A stretch of DNA of 64,000 nt from Camelus ferus (Eukaryota). Positions 1 through 13,107 of the stretch are shown here, in pieces. Numbering within the stretch: the stretch's first letter is position 1; the number at the start of each line of letters is the position of its first letter. The notes under the pieces are model-generated. The model was not told the origin of the DNA. It searched no databases and worked only from the letters and a program-made list of their open reading frames with translations. A program made the position numbers and the translations under genes. The DNA lies in contig NC_045697.1 in NCBI RefSeq assembly GCF_009834535.1, forward strand, positions 92,444,001 to 92,508,000, written 5' to 3'.

Positions 1-659
1 TACATTTTCTTTCCTTCTGTTCTTCCATTCTCTAAGCTACTTTAAACTATCAAAGGAAAGAATTTTATGTCCTGATTATTAAGAGGTATAACAATATTAA
101 TGAGTATGTTAAATATGCAAACAAAACATATTGAATTTTACATAAGCCATTTGTCAAGCTCCTGACTTAAAATTTTTATCTGCTTATTGACACGGTCTTA
201 CAAATGGCATGCTAGGAATTTATAGTGATACTATTTTTAACTGATATTTGAGCATCACATAGAATTCAACTGTTTTTTTTTTTTATTTTGAGTTCTAAGC
301 TGACCATAGACTTTAATTTTTGTTCTAAAATACTATTGTTAGTTAATTTAAAGTTCTTTCCTCATCATTGCTAACTGCTCTAGTCTGACATCCATTCTCC
401 AAATGAAATGTGACTTTGATGGATAAACTCAATTAAAGCTAAGGCATTAGATAAGTTAAGCAGAGAATTGGACTGATCTTTACCAATCTACCTTTAAAAA
501 TACATTAAGCATTTCAAAATGAAACAGTCATAAATTATACTGAAAATATATGTTAGTAAAATTGGATTGAAATTCAAATAGTTACTCTATGTAAATTTCT
601 ATTGCTTAGAAAGTAACATTCTTTTCCTCCCTTAGTATTGTCTCTTATAGAGATTTTTA

Positions 660-745
660 GATATCTATATAAAATACATATTTATATATATTTATATATA
701 TATATTTTTATATATCTATATATTTTTGTATATCTATAAGATAAA
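660..745. repeat. (TA)n-rich low-complexity tract
   Basis: Interrupted tatata runs are visible directly. Confidence 0.85.
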
Positions 746-1325
746 TAAAATTAGGGAAATACCTGTTGTCTTTTACTTTCTTAAAAGTTTCTGTCTCTTT
801 TATGATATTTTAGCTTGTTAAAATGTCTAGTTTTAAGACTAACAATATAGATTTTGTCATAATCTGAGAACCATTACAAATAATTATATTTAATTCTCTT
901 TAATACTTTTAAAATGACCTGGTGGATGACTTGCCTATGAAAACCTCTAATACTACCATTGATGTCTCACTCATATATTTAATCATTAACATAAAATCTG
1001 TACCTTCTCTATAATAGAAGAAACTGGGCTTGGTTGTATAGGTAAATAAAACATGTAGAGAGAGAAATGTAAAGAAATAATTTGGTTCTATGTGATAAAT
1101 CCTTTACTAGACATATATACAAGATGCATAAGAAATACGAAGACAAAAGCATCTAACATATAAGGAAATAGAGGAAATCACTAAACTACACAATTTTCAA
1201 TTTAGAAGAACCTTTAGTATTAACATTTAATTATATTTTGAGGTAGAAATAATGAAGAGGATTTGATTTTTCCCCAGCACCAATATAACCAAGGAGACAA
1301 TCTCTGTAGTAATTAAGAATTTATA

Positions 1326-1590
1326 TTTGAGAATCTGACAAACCTGGATTCAAATCTAGGAATTGTATATTGGGATTACTGTACATGTGAGCTTTGGATT
1401 CAGTTTCTTTATCTGCCAAATGGGGACAAGAATAATTAACTACCTTATAGAGTTCTGGTGTAAGCATTAAATGAGTTAACACATTTAACAGAGGACCTAT
1501 CACACTACCTATAGGGCTGTCAGAATTAAATAAGTTAATAATTGTCAGGCACTTAAAATAATGTCTTATGAGGGTCTATATAAACTGAAG
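1326..1590 (+). mobile_element. MIR SINE with its 3' portion present twice
   Basis: cctggattcaaatc ... tcagtttctttatctgccaaatgggga ... taccttatagagtt ... attaaatgagttaa resembles the MIR core and 3' end; a second 3' segment, tacctatagggctgtcagaattaaataagttaata, follows. Confidence 0.85.
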
Positions 1591-1744
1591 CTTTTCCTAG
1601 TATTTTCCTTACTGTAAGTGTTGAGATTATACTTTTTAATACTATAATCTATATGTTTTATTTCCATTCACTGGCTTAGAGAAGAGTATTAGGACAGAAG
1701 ATGTTTTAAAATCTTTTTGAACTTAAAATGTCTGGATATTCACC

Positions 1745-2672
1745 CAGAGCCTGGAGCACTTTGTAGTGCCAGAAAGTAAGAACATGCTAAAAAAGGAAAA
1801 ATGTAACAAAATTTAAAAAAATCCCACAGTGATGGGTGTATGTCAGAGGGACACGGGAACCAACTGAGAGTGCTCCCAGTGTCCAAAGCTGGAATGATCT
1901 GAGCGACAAAATGAGTGATACAGTAATCTATTACATCCAAAACTAGTAAATATCTGAGTTCATACTAATATAAATAAATGGTTGAATAAGTAAGTAAATG
2001 GAGTGAATAGGTAAATATATGCAAAAAAAAATTATATAGAAGCTCTGACCTAAAGGAGAGTGAGCATAATTCCCTACTCCTCAAGTGAGAGCTGGGCATA
2101 GTGACTTCCTTCCAAAGATTGCAATGTGGAGAGAAAGAGGAAAAAGAAACCTTTCAATGAAGAAACCTAAAACATACTACTCTCCCAGGTGAGCAAGACT
2201 GAGCATCCACAGCGATAACCCTTGTGATAGTGTGTACCCTTGATATGACGTGATGTGGATGACATTTTACCTCTGTATTCTCCCCCCAAACCCATAACCC
2301 TAGCTTAATCATGAGGAAAAAAACAAATCAGACAAGTTCCAGTTGAGGGGCATTCTACAGAATACCTGCCCAGTACGCCTTACAACAGAAAAGGTCAGCA
2401 AAACAAGGAAAATCTAAAGCAGTCACAACCAAGAGAAGCCTTAGGAAATGTGAGGATTAAATACAGTGTACTTTCTTAGATGGAATTCTGGACTAGAAAA
2501 AAAATACTTTTGGTAAAAACTAAAGAAACTGGAATAAATTATGGTGTTTAGTTGGTATGTAAGTATTGGTTTTTTATTTGTGTATGTGAAGTATGTAGGA
2601 ATTCTCTATACTATGTTCACAACTTTTTAGTAAATCTGAAACTCTTCTAAAATAAGGAATTTTTTTTAAAAA
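1745..2672 (+). mobile_element. Old L1 3' UTR (L1MD-like)
   Basis: Characteristic segments gagcctggagcactttgtagtgccagaaagtaag, gcatagtgacttccttccaaaga, cccataaccctagcttaatcatgag, and the terminal gtaaatctgaaactcttctaaaataa. Confidence 0.85.
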
Positions 2673-3049
2673 CAAAAGTGTAATTTTTTACCTTTAAGCC
2701 TAGGCCTAGAGATAACTCAGGGCATAAACAGTAAGTTTGAAAGATCTTTGGTCAAATGTCAAGCTCCCTACTGTTTAAACTAGATACTTTTTTTTTTTTT
2801 CAAACTAGGTGAGAAAAGAAATTATAGAAGAGAGGCGAGACCTTTAAAGTTCTGGGTTACTTAGCTAACTGAGCGCTATTGGCAAATCCACATTTCTGTC
2901 TATTCCATGGATATGATTTTCCAGCTAAATGGTACTAGAAAAAACATACAGTAATGCTGGTAGATTAAAACTGTGACCAATAGTCTTAGTTGGCTCCTTA
3001 ATGCTACGTGGAAATCGTATTCTATTCCTCAAGCCAATAATTTTCCTCT

Positions 3050-4810
3050 CCCCGTGACTATTTCTCGCCTTCTCCTTTCTCCCCACATCTCCATATCTTC
3101 CCCTATCCTTTTTATTTTTCACTGATGACCTTGTTCCTTGTTTTACTGAAAAATTAAAAGTTATTAGAAGAGAACTTCCACAGATTCCACAGTAAATCTC
3201 CCCACCTAACTGCATAAGTTTTTATATAAATACGCCTTTTCTTCTGTTGATATGAATGACATATCTGCCATTCAATTTTTGTCATATCCCTTTTTCTTCC
3301 ACCTACAGAGAGATATGATTCAAGTCAAGTCAAAATCTCTCTTTTCTTTCCTCTTTTTCTGCCTCAGTGATGTTCGTTTGTTTACTGTTAGAACTTCATG
3401 TATATACCAGTGTGCTTTCATCTCGGGGGAGAATTAAAATCTCTCAATCCTGCTTTCCTTTTCAGATATTGCATCACTTTTTTCCCTTGCCTTTGTAGAA
3501 GAATCCTTTAAAAGTGTTGCTGTACTGCTGTCTCAATTTTCTGTCTTCTCATTTTCACAGGAACCCATACCAGGCAAACTGTCATAGCCATGACTCCAGG
3601 GAAACTTCTTTTGTCAAGGTCACCTGTGGTTATTTCTCCCTGTTTATTTTATGTGACTGAGCAGCAGCACTAAATGGTTGATTATCTCCATTTTCTTTGG
3701 ATACTTTCTTCACTCCTAGGATACCTCAGTCTCTTCCCTTTCCACTTAGTTAATAGCTCCCTCTCAGTCCATTGTTCTGTTTCTTCCTCATATCCCAGAC
3801 CTCTTAACTTTATATTGCTTCAGTGTCTAAACCAGTGTATCCCTGTGACTTTATATTACAGTAAATCCTTGCATGATGTCTTCAAATCTCATGGCTTTAC
3901 ACCCTGTAAGTTCTTTATGTGCTAATAACTCCTAAATGTATGTCTGTCTCCAGACTTCTCTGGTTTCTGGTCTCATATACCCAATGGCTGACTCAAAATC
4001 TTCACTGGGATGGTGAATAGAGGTATTAAAACTTAACTTTACCCCAAACTGAGCTCTCATTTTTCATAAAAACTTCCTCTCACAAGTTTTACCAATTTCT
4101 GTTACTGGTCACTGGATTCTTCTAGTTATTTAGGCTTTGGTTCTGAGACTCTTACTTGACTCTACTTTGTCTCTTATACATGACATCGGATTCTCTTCAC
4201 CATAAGTTTAAAAAATACCCAGACTGAGAAACCTTCTTACCATCTCCACCTACACCGCCCTGAAGCCACAATTCTCTCTCACCTGAAGTTTTGCAGTATC
4301 TTTCTATTTGTTCCCTTACCCATCTTTTGTCCACACACAATTTGTCATTCTTGATTCTGTACTGATGTAGCTTAATTATGTTACTACTCTGCCAAAAATC
4401 CTTCAGTGGCTTCAAATCTGGTCTCATTGTCTGCAACAATTAAATCTACATGATCTTGCTCACATACCTCATCAGATACTTCCTTTCCTTTGGCAGCAAC
4501 TTCTTCATAAAGACTTCAATGTAGACTCTTTAAAATTGTCAGCTCTTCATCACCATATCCTATCTCTATGCCAGTGTGTTCCCCGCCCCCTTGGTACTCA
4601 TCACCATTTATTAGTCTATATAATTTACTAATGTATAAATTTTATCTCTCTTCTGCCATCACTTCCCACCCCAAACTAGAATGCAAAATTTAGGAACTTA
4701 GGGATTTACTTTGTTTGATTGGTGTTGGTTCCTTATAAGTACCTAGCGTCATAAATAGTATCTGGTTATAGTAGTCAGATGAAAAATATTTATTGAATAT
4801 TAAGTGATAG
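3050..4810 (+). mobile_element. L2 LINE, degraded ORF2 3' part to the 3' end
   Basis: gatgaccttgttccttgttttactgaaaaa...agaagagaacttcca, cttttgtcaaggtcacc, ctcatggcttta, aaaatccttcagtggcttc, and the tail aaatatttattgaat all resemble L2. Confidence 0.85.
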
Positions 4811-6244
4811 GTATGTTTTTCTTCTTCCTCTTACATGTGGAAAAGGCACCTTAGATTGGACTTATGCTCACATTCAGTTCATTACTTGTTTGTTTATATA
4901 AAGTTAATTCTTGACATTAATTTCTCCATGTTCAGGCACCCCTTTTGGTTTTAGAGTGCTTTTTGGCAGATCTGAACTAATTTTGCTTATGATGCAGATT
5001 TTCTCAAACTTTGGCCATATTTTCTTGGAATTTGACAGAGTTGAAAACTATAGGCTGTATCAAATTAGAATTTAAGAAATCTAGTTGAAAAGTTTTTCGT
5101 TGTTTAGTATTCTTGAATTTGTGGAAATTGGGGTATTACAAGATGTAAAACTGATTAAATTCTCAGTTTCTAAAGGCAATTGCCTTTTAAGGAAAATACA
5201 ATAAAAAAAAGTTATAAAGTCTTTTGCTCAAGGGAGAGTTATTAGAATATATTTAAAATCACCCAAGGTTTCTAAACTGAATAAGTTAGTTTATGTCTTT
5301 TCATAAACAAAACCAAGTTGTGACAATAAACAAATGATACTTTTAAGTTTGAAGTTGTAGGTCATATTATCTCTAATAATTTTTCACAGATGGTTTATGA
5401 CAGGGTAAAATAAGAAAATTACTTACTGGATGATTATCAAATGGCTGCAAAATTACTCTCTCCATATCTACTGTGTCAGCATTGGGAAGTCATGTATTTT
5501 ATAATAATTATTCAATTATAAAATAATTATGAAATAATACTATATTTTTATTCCTTTGATTGGAAATTAATTTTAAACACATGAACAATTCAAAGGTAAA
5601 TGAGTAGAATGGTAGTTACATAGGAGCAGCCTGACAAAATCCCATTTACAGAGGCACAAATAAATCATAGTTGAATACACAGTAATTCCTCCTTTGAAAG
5701 AGAACTTACTGTTCTCAGTTATTATGTTACAGGGACTTTGTCAAGTTGTCTTGTTTTTTAGATGACAAGAGTTATTGGCAAAAGTGATTGGATATCAGTT
5801 TTGTATTATTGAGCTTTGTAATATATTTTGGTTTTATGTGCTCATGACTTTTTCTGAATTTACATTTAACCTTCTCCTTACTCTTCAGTTGACATAAAAG
5901 TAATTGAGAGAAATGTGTTTTAAAGAGTGGCTTTTTATTTTGACAGATTTTCCATTATATTAATGTCAGAAAAGAAATCTCTGATTTGTGTGCTTTGAAC
6001 ATTTTTAGACATGGTAACAGTGAAAGAAAGAAATGCAAGGAGACTATGATATGTAGTCATCTGGTAATCAAATATAAACTGCTGCTTAATTTCCTTTTAA
6101 AACTTTCTTTAGATCTTAATTTCAACTCAAATTTGAAAAATAATACATTGATCTAAAGTAGTATGGCATTGTTTATATAACTTTTTGGATCTCCTAAATA
6201 TATAATATTTCCCTTTTAGATGCCTGATATTTCTTGTAATCTCT

Positions 6245-6375
6245 TTAGATTGTAAGCACTTTGAGGCCATGGTCTTTTGCTTTATATTTTGCCATTCATT
6301 CCATATTTAGAACTTAGATACCTTGATAAGTATTTGAAATCATTAAATAGTTTTTGAATGCATGAATAAATGAAA
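6245..6375 (+). mobile_element. L2 3' end fragment
   Basis: tagattgtaagcactttgaggcc ... ttgaatgcatgaataaatgaa. Confidence 0.65.
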
Positions 6376-6739
6376 GCTAATTTATAGCCCCAATTAACTA
6401 TTTTTTCAATGATGTAAGTAATTACATTGATTAATCAATTCTACATAATGGATGCATTTATATGTCTTCTTCTGTTTAAGAATACATTTAATAAAGTAGT
6501 ATTCTATTTTGTAAGGCATTTATATATGTAGAAATGTTTTTACACATTGGTCAAGTGCCAATATCAATGTCAACAAGTACTTATCAAGCATTTACAATGT
6601 GTCCAGTACAGAGCTTATTAGTTCTTTGTGATGTCTGTCTGAGAATCCCAGGGGAGAAGAAGCAAAAAACTCAATATTTTTCTAAGTAGAATGATGCATT
6701 GTCTAAATAAGGATTTTTCTCTACTCTAAACCTGCTTTT

Positions 6740-7120
6740 CCTTTATTCAACAACATTATTGATTGTCTATTGTGTGTTAGGTACTGTGTTGAAGGATATT
6801 TTATTTTATCTATTCTTTCTTGTAATTTTTTTTCCAGAACACTTCTAGCACACTAAACAAATGAAAAAACAAGATTACTGTGTAAAGCAACTTTTCCATT
6901 TTTTTGCATTGGATTTTATTTATTGGACTAATAATTAGTCAACAACCATGACTATATGTCAGACATTATTTTAACAGAGATATATCAGTAAACAAAAAAG
7001 ATAAAGAGTCTGCTGTGGGAATATATTTCATCATAATGGGAAATATAGACATTAAGCAATAAACAAAATAAATGGACACATTATAAATAACTTCAGAAGA
7101 ATAAATATTTTAGAGAAAAT
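6740..7120 (-). mobile_element. L2 fragments, reverse orientation
   Basis: ttattcaacaacattattgattgtctattgtgtgttaggtactgtg and gatatatcagtaaacaaaaaagataaa resemble the reverse complement of the L2 3' end. Confidence 0.55.
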
Positions 7121-7129
7121 TAAAAGTCA

Positions 7130-7910
7130 GAACTTTTGCTCCTCCTAATGGAAAATTGGATATTAAAGAACCCCTTCCACTGAGAACACTAGAATATTTG
7201 GACAACATATTTGTTTAAAAATAGGCTTGAAGACATGTGAAAACTAAACAGAGCAATGAAAAATTATGAGGTTAAAATCTAAGAGGGAAAGAAAATACAG
7301 AATAGGAGCTCAATATTTGGTTCCACTCTTTTCCTGAAAGTATTTAGAGAAGATAGCCAAGAAGCCGGAAACCTTAGCAAATCTTTAGTCATCCTTAATA
7401 AAACAGGAAAATTGGAATTGGAATTCAGGACCTTCCTAGGAGTGGAAGATGTCTTAAAACTCCAAAGCTGTTATCCTTAAGAGTTAGAGTATGAGGCCAA
7501 GCCTAGGTTCAAATATATATATTTGGTGAAAGGTGATCCTGAATTGCTAACATATCTGGAACTTTGACAAGTGCAAAAATTTTTGTCTGGAGAAAGATAA
7601 ACTGATCATCAAATGTCTCAAAATTCCTTCTAAATTATTTTATATTTAATTTCTGTCTTTCAGTGTAAAATAATCAGGCATACCAGGTCATAAGTCAACA
7701 TGATAGAAGAACTAAGAGAAAATAAAAACTGTTTCAAAGACAGTCCAGATAATGGCATTATAGAACACAGACTCTACAATGACTGTGCTAAATGTATTCT
7801 TTAAAAGTCGTGATTGAACATTTGCCAATCTTAAAGACTAAAAATACTAAACTTTTATAACTGTAGCACCCCATATCTAATACTAATAACTGAAGGATAG
7901 GTTTGATAGC
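7130..7910 (+). mobile_element. Ancient L1 or HAL1 5' region with ORF1 start, degraded
   Basis: ccccttccactgagaacactaga and ccagataatggcattatagaacacagactctacaatgactgtgctaaatgt resemble old L1M 5'/ORF1 sequence; strong A-bias on the + strand. Confidence 0.5.
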
Positions 7911-8124
7911 TGTCTTAATCCGTTCAGATTGCTGTAACAAACTACCACAGACTGAGTAGCTCCAACAAGAAACATTTTTTTCTTACAGTTCTGGAGGCTG
8001 GGAAGGCTAAATAAAGGTGCTGTCAGATTCAGTATCTGGTGAGGACTCACTTTCTGGTTCATAAACAGCTGCCTTCTCCCTGTGTCCTCACATGACAGAA
8101 GGGGCGAGAAAGCTCTCTGGTGCT

Positions 8125-8125
<1 letters not shown>
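7911..8125 (-). mobile_element. MaLR LTR, partial (MLT1A-like)
   Basis: tgtcttaatccgttcagattgctgtaacaaactaccacagactg ... acagttctggaggctgggaag ... ctgtgtcctcacatg; truncated at a CA repeat. Confidence 0.9.

Positions 8126-8155
<30 letters not shown>
8126..8155. repeat. (CA)15 microsatellite
   Basis: Directly visible. Confidence 0.97.
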
Positions 8156-8158
<3 letters not shown>

Positions 8159-10735
8159 TTTTTTAATTGAACTCTAATCAGTTTACAATATTTCTCCCAG
8201 TTCCTACTGGAATATGTTTTAGGCAATTGCTACACATTTTGAACTCTCCAACTGTTTTCTTGATGTTCCAATATTTTGATTGTGTTCCTGGACATTTGGC
8301 ACCAACCTTCTTGGCAGTTTTCTCCTGTGTCCCTTTTTTCTGCTTCCTTTATCTGTCATTATAATCCTACTTACTTTCAGTTTTCCAGAAACCATTGATA
8401 CCTCAGGCCTACTAATGGATTGCTCTCTTCATATTAGCATGGTTAAAGATTTTTTTTTCAAAGCAGAATAGGAGAATTGACCTGTTATTCATAGACTGCA
8501 TTTTATTTACATAAATACTGTATCTATGTAATGATAGACTGTACTACACAAACGGATAAAAATACTTTTAAATTATGTCCATAGAATCAAAAAACTAAAT
8601 TGAATAAATGAGAAACTATTGAAATAAGAGCACTGGGACATTTTGGGGTCATTTTCATAATAGTGTAATATAGCTGAGGCATTAATTTAGCAATTCTAGC
8701 AAAATAGAGGTAACTCAGGAGTTATGACAAGGCATTATTTCTTGTTGAAATTCTTATAATGTCAGTATCTTTAAGAAATGAACCTAAACTGTGGTTGTAA
8801 AATGAAGCAGTTAGATGGTGGTTGGATGTCTTCAAATGTAGACTGATAAATTAGCAGCCTGTTCCTGCTAAGCTTCAGGGATATCTTCAGAGCAAGTGTT
8901 TTTGCGTTCTCATGGGTTCGATGGGATAAGTGAATAAAATTACTCACTATTAATGACATATGTTTTATTTGTGCATGTGGGTGAAGATTTGTACGTGCAT
9001 ATATGTATATGTGTAAGTGTAGGAGCTGAGTTTGAGAGTTGAGAATTTCTTTAATTTAGGGGAAGAAACTCCAATAATTAAGTAGTGAAGTAACTTCTCT
9101 CACTTCTTTATCCAAGAAATGTGAAATACTTAAGTACTTAATATTTAAATTTCTGATTGATATTAACTAATTGTTTCATGAATGTGCCCACTCATCCACT
9201 TTGATTTTATATAGTTGAGAAATTGGTGTGAAAACAGGAAATAAGGATCATTTCTTTCTTTTCAGAAAACATTTTCCCACTGTATGCTTAGTCAATAGAC
9301 TTACTGAAATAACAGTGAAGTTCAGTTCACTCTTTGGGAAGCTCTGAGTCTACCCACGTTTACATTTCTTATACTTCATCATAGCCTGGGAAGGCAGCCT
9401 AACCCTTTCTTTCCTTGCTATAAAATTAAATAAGCAGAGAGAGGAAAAGATTGGTCAGGATGCTGGGAGCCCCATGTAACGGTCTTGTTCCCTACAAGAT
9501 TCCTTGTATACCATCTCAAGATGAAAAACAAAACAAAATAAAACAAATGCTAAAATTAACACTATAATCTCTGTAAGAGATAATCAAGAACAAGCCTTCA
9601 TAGACTTACATGACTATCTGATACAAATAAAATTTTCGTCAAGTAAAGGGGATTAACATAAAATGAAAGGAAAAAACACTGAAAGCAAAATATGCATAGA
9701 AAAATTTAACAGAAAAAGAAACACCAAGGACTGTATTTTGTTTTGTTTTCCTGTTACAAAACATACTGTGATGGGAAAACTAAACTCTTCAAATATCGAT
9801 CTTCAACTGAATATTGGACATTGTGAAAACACCCTTCACATATTTTAAAATTCAGTCTGAATTAATAACACAAGCTGATAAAATACATTTGTGTGTGTGT
9901 GTATCTATCTATCTATATATATATGTACTCATATATGACACACATACATATAGGTGCGCACAAAGGTGTCTTTTCTTATTTTAACAAGTCAATGTGTTTG
10001 TAGTTTATCCAGAGTATTTTATATGTCAGTGAAATTAATCAAGTCAATTACAGTTAAGCCTACTAAAATGCTTTATAATTTTTACTGTATTTATTTCTAT
10101 GAATAGTAATGTAGAACTTATTTCTTTCACAATTAGAAATAAAAAGCATTGTGTTCTAATGTGTTCAATTGACCCATTAACTGTGCTCTTTTATAAACGG
10201 TTGCTTTTGTAATTATAGGACTAGAGACAATAAATTAGTCCCTAAGAAATGATACAACAAAACAGATATAGTAGATGTAATAGATAAAATTTATGCATTA
10301 GCAAAGAAAACGTTAAAACCATTCTCACGCAGCCTTTAAGACAATCAGTCCCAGTTGGGTCACTCTTTATTATTTGTGTGTGTGTGAGATAGATTGGTTG
10401 ATATAATTAATAATTTCTACTCTAATATTAAGTGTCTAATTTCTTCTTATAAAGATTTTCCTACCAGAATAACAAGCGCAACTAATGGATGGAGGTGTGT
10501 ATTGTTACAATTGAGTAAATAAATTGCATGAACTAGTATGCTTATATGTAGTTCTTACAAAGATGAACTACCATGCAACACAGTATTGGCATGCTGTCGT
10601 GTTAAACCCCACCCTATCAAAAAGTCTTTTAAAATTAACTTTAATGTTTTTCTAATTTCTCAAAGTGGCAAAGAGAAATTATTCTTCTAATACCACACAA
10701 TTTTTTTCCCTAAAATCTTCTCTTTCTTCGTTTCT

Positions 10736-11100
10736 TGGTTAAAAGTGTGAATTCTGGAGTCATATGGCTAGATTTGCTTATTGTGGTGATATTTTGCAGT
10801 ATATATTAATATCAAATCATTATGTTGTATACCTGAAGCTAATATAGTGCTATATGTCAGTTACATCTAAAGAATTCTAAATTTGAGTCCTAATTTCTCC
10901 ACCAAGAATTCTGTATTCCACCAAGGTAAGTAGTTGTGAACTTGGGCACTTTATGTAACTTCTCTATGCATCCAATTTGTTATGTAAAAAATAGGAATAA
11001 ATGTACCTGTATTTTAGGATTATTCTAAAAATTAAATGACTTCCAGCATTGAAAGTACTTAGAACTAAGGCTAATAAACTCTATAAATATTTTTCACTAA
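10736..11100 (+). mobile_element. MIR SINE interrupted by an L1 3' tail
   Basis: The 5' part tggttaaaagtgtgaattctggagtca resumes as tttgagtcc ... tgtgaacttgggcac ... taacttctctatgc ... aaagtacttagaac. Confidence 0.75.
10777..10876 (+). mobile_element. Extremely 5'-truncated L1 3' tail (L1MA9-like)
   Basis: cttattgtggtgatattttgcagtatatattaatatcaaatcattatgttgtatacctgaagctaatatag; candidate TSD ctagatttg (10768-10776) / ctaaatttg (10877-10885). Confidence 0.8.
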
Positions 11101-12119
11101 TACTGTTTCACATGCTGCTGTCAGTCCAATATGAACTCAGTCTTTTCTCTCTTTCCTTATTCCTATTTTTCCATTTTTGAAACTATATTTTTTCCTTTTC
11201 TGTAAATCCTTGTCCTCACCTCTATCCAACCTCTCTCTCTTTCGTTCTTTGTCTCTCATTGAGCTTGCCAGGTAACTTCCCAACTCTCCAACTTAGATTC
11301 TGCCACATAAAGTGTCAGGAACTATCAGGCAAGGACTGAATTTTTCTTAACTGGCAGATTGAGAGGCCAAGGCTATGTATAATTGTAACTAAAGGACTCA
11401 AAATTATAGAAAAAAGAACGCCAATTTTCATTTTAGTAAATTATTCATATGTTAAAAGTATTCCACAACCTTGAGAATTGCATCAGGCCGAAGGACAGCC
11501 CTTCTTCTTAATCACTTTGCTTCACTGTGAATTTTTTCAAAGGTCACATATAATCTAGATGTACAATTCATTCAATTTAATGTTCTTAGAATGTAGATTA
11601 ATTTAGGTGCTTTCCATTTTCTTAATAATAGGAGACATGAAAGAAATGCTTTTGAAATATGGGAAAGTCCAATTTTAAAACATACAATTTTATAAACAGT
11701 TAAAATACCTTATTATTAACACATCAGGCTTATTTTTTTTTAAAAGATAATGATTATAAAGATTAATGTATTGGGTTAAAGGATTGCAATAAAATGTAAA
11801 ATGCATTACCATTTGAAGTGTGCTTATCTTTTCTCCAAATCCTTATACTATAACTATCCAAAGGTCTTCAAAATACATCATCACACTAAAAGATGCATTC
11901 ATAATTTAAATTAACATAATCAGAACTTGATTTGGCAAATATTTAATTTTGCTTTTAAGAAATTTTAATTATTAACTTTAACAGAGTTATAAAACTGTGG
12001 ACTAGTATTCTATTTCAGGAAATAATCAGGCTCCTAGTTGAATAAAAAGTAAGTTACAAAGTCTTTAGTTTTCCCAATAAAATATATTGTGTTGTAGAAG
12101 GGTTGTAATTTAGGTAAAA

Positions 12120-12265
12120 GTATAAAAACCTAGAAGTAAAAGAAAATGGTCTATAATATTGACTTCGCCAAATTTAAAAGTATAACCTGAGCTTTCTGTG
12201 TCTCAATTTCATTGTTTGGAAAATGAAGGATTTGGTCTAGTGATTCTGAAACTTTCCATTCTCTT
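12120..12265 (+). mobile_element. MIR-family fragment
   Basis: tctgtgtctcaatttcattgtttggaaaatgaaggatttggtctagtgattctgaa. Confidence 0.6.
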
Positions 12266-12731
12266 AGAAATAAGTAAGTTCTATTACAAGCTCAATTACC
12301 TCATTATCTTTGATAGTCCAAAGAAAGTGTGATTAGCAAATGTATTAAAGGTTTTGAGTTGATTTTAGATTGGGTCTTTGATTAATTTCTCAATTTAACA
12401 TTCTATCTGGGACAAAGCAGAATATAGAAAGACTTGTGAAGTAGGCATGAGGAATGGGAAAACTTTGAGTTTTGCCTTTAAATATACTTACAGATTGTGT
12501 TAAGTGTTGAGGATCCAAAAATAAAGAAGAAATACTTTTTCCTTAGGAAGACTTAAAGACTAATAGCCTCTGTTTCATCAGTCCTTGCTATGGCTGCTTC
12601 ATCATAATGGTTTAGACTAGGAATATCTGTCACCCAAGACAGATATTCTCATTAGTTCAGAGGCTGAAACAATTTATTAAAAATTATGGAAGAAAAATAA
12701 AAATGAAGTTGATATTGCTAAGAGAGCTCTC

Positions 12732-13107
12732 TGAAACGGAGCTGAGAGGCCACGGAGAAAGTGGGATTTAAACATTTATCAGCCTAGATGGAATTTGACC
12801 CTTTGACCACTTATTGTCTAACCTCAGGCACCCAGAACACGTGCCCAGTGTTCTAGAAACTCAAATTACTTATTATATCCTTACTCTAAAATAATTTGTG
12901 ACCGCCAGTCCCTTAAGGACAAATATTTCCTTTCTTGCAATCATAATTCTTGCCAGACAACTTTAAGAACCTTGTGAATTTGCTTTTATAACCCCCTGAT
13001 CTTTTCCCCAAAACACTTCGTCAGTTTTACATGAATTTGTATCTCCCAAATGGCAGTTCCTAAGACCCCCAGTTTTTTGCAGCCTTGATACTGATTATTG
13101 TTTGACA
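12732..13107 (+). mobile_element. Probable ERV1-type LTR remnant
   Basis: TG...CA ends, a TATA-like ttttataacccc, and tctcccaaatggcagttcctaagacccc resembling an ERV1 LTR R/U5 segment; no matching TSD found. Confidence 0.45.
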
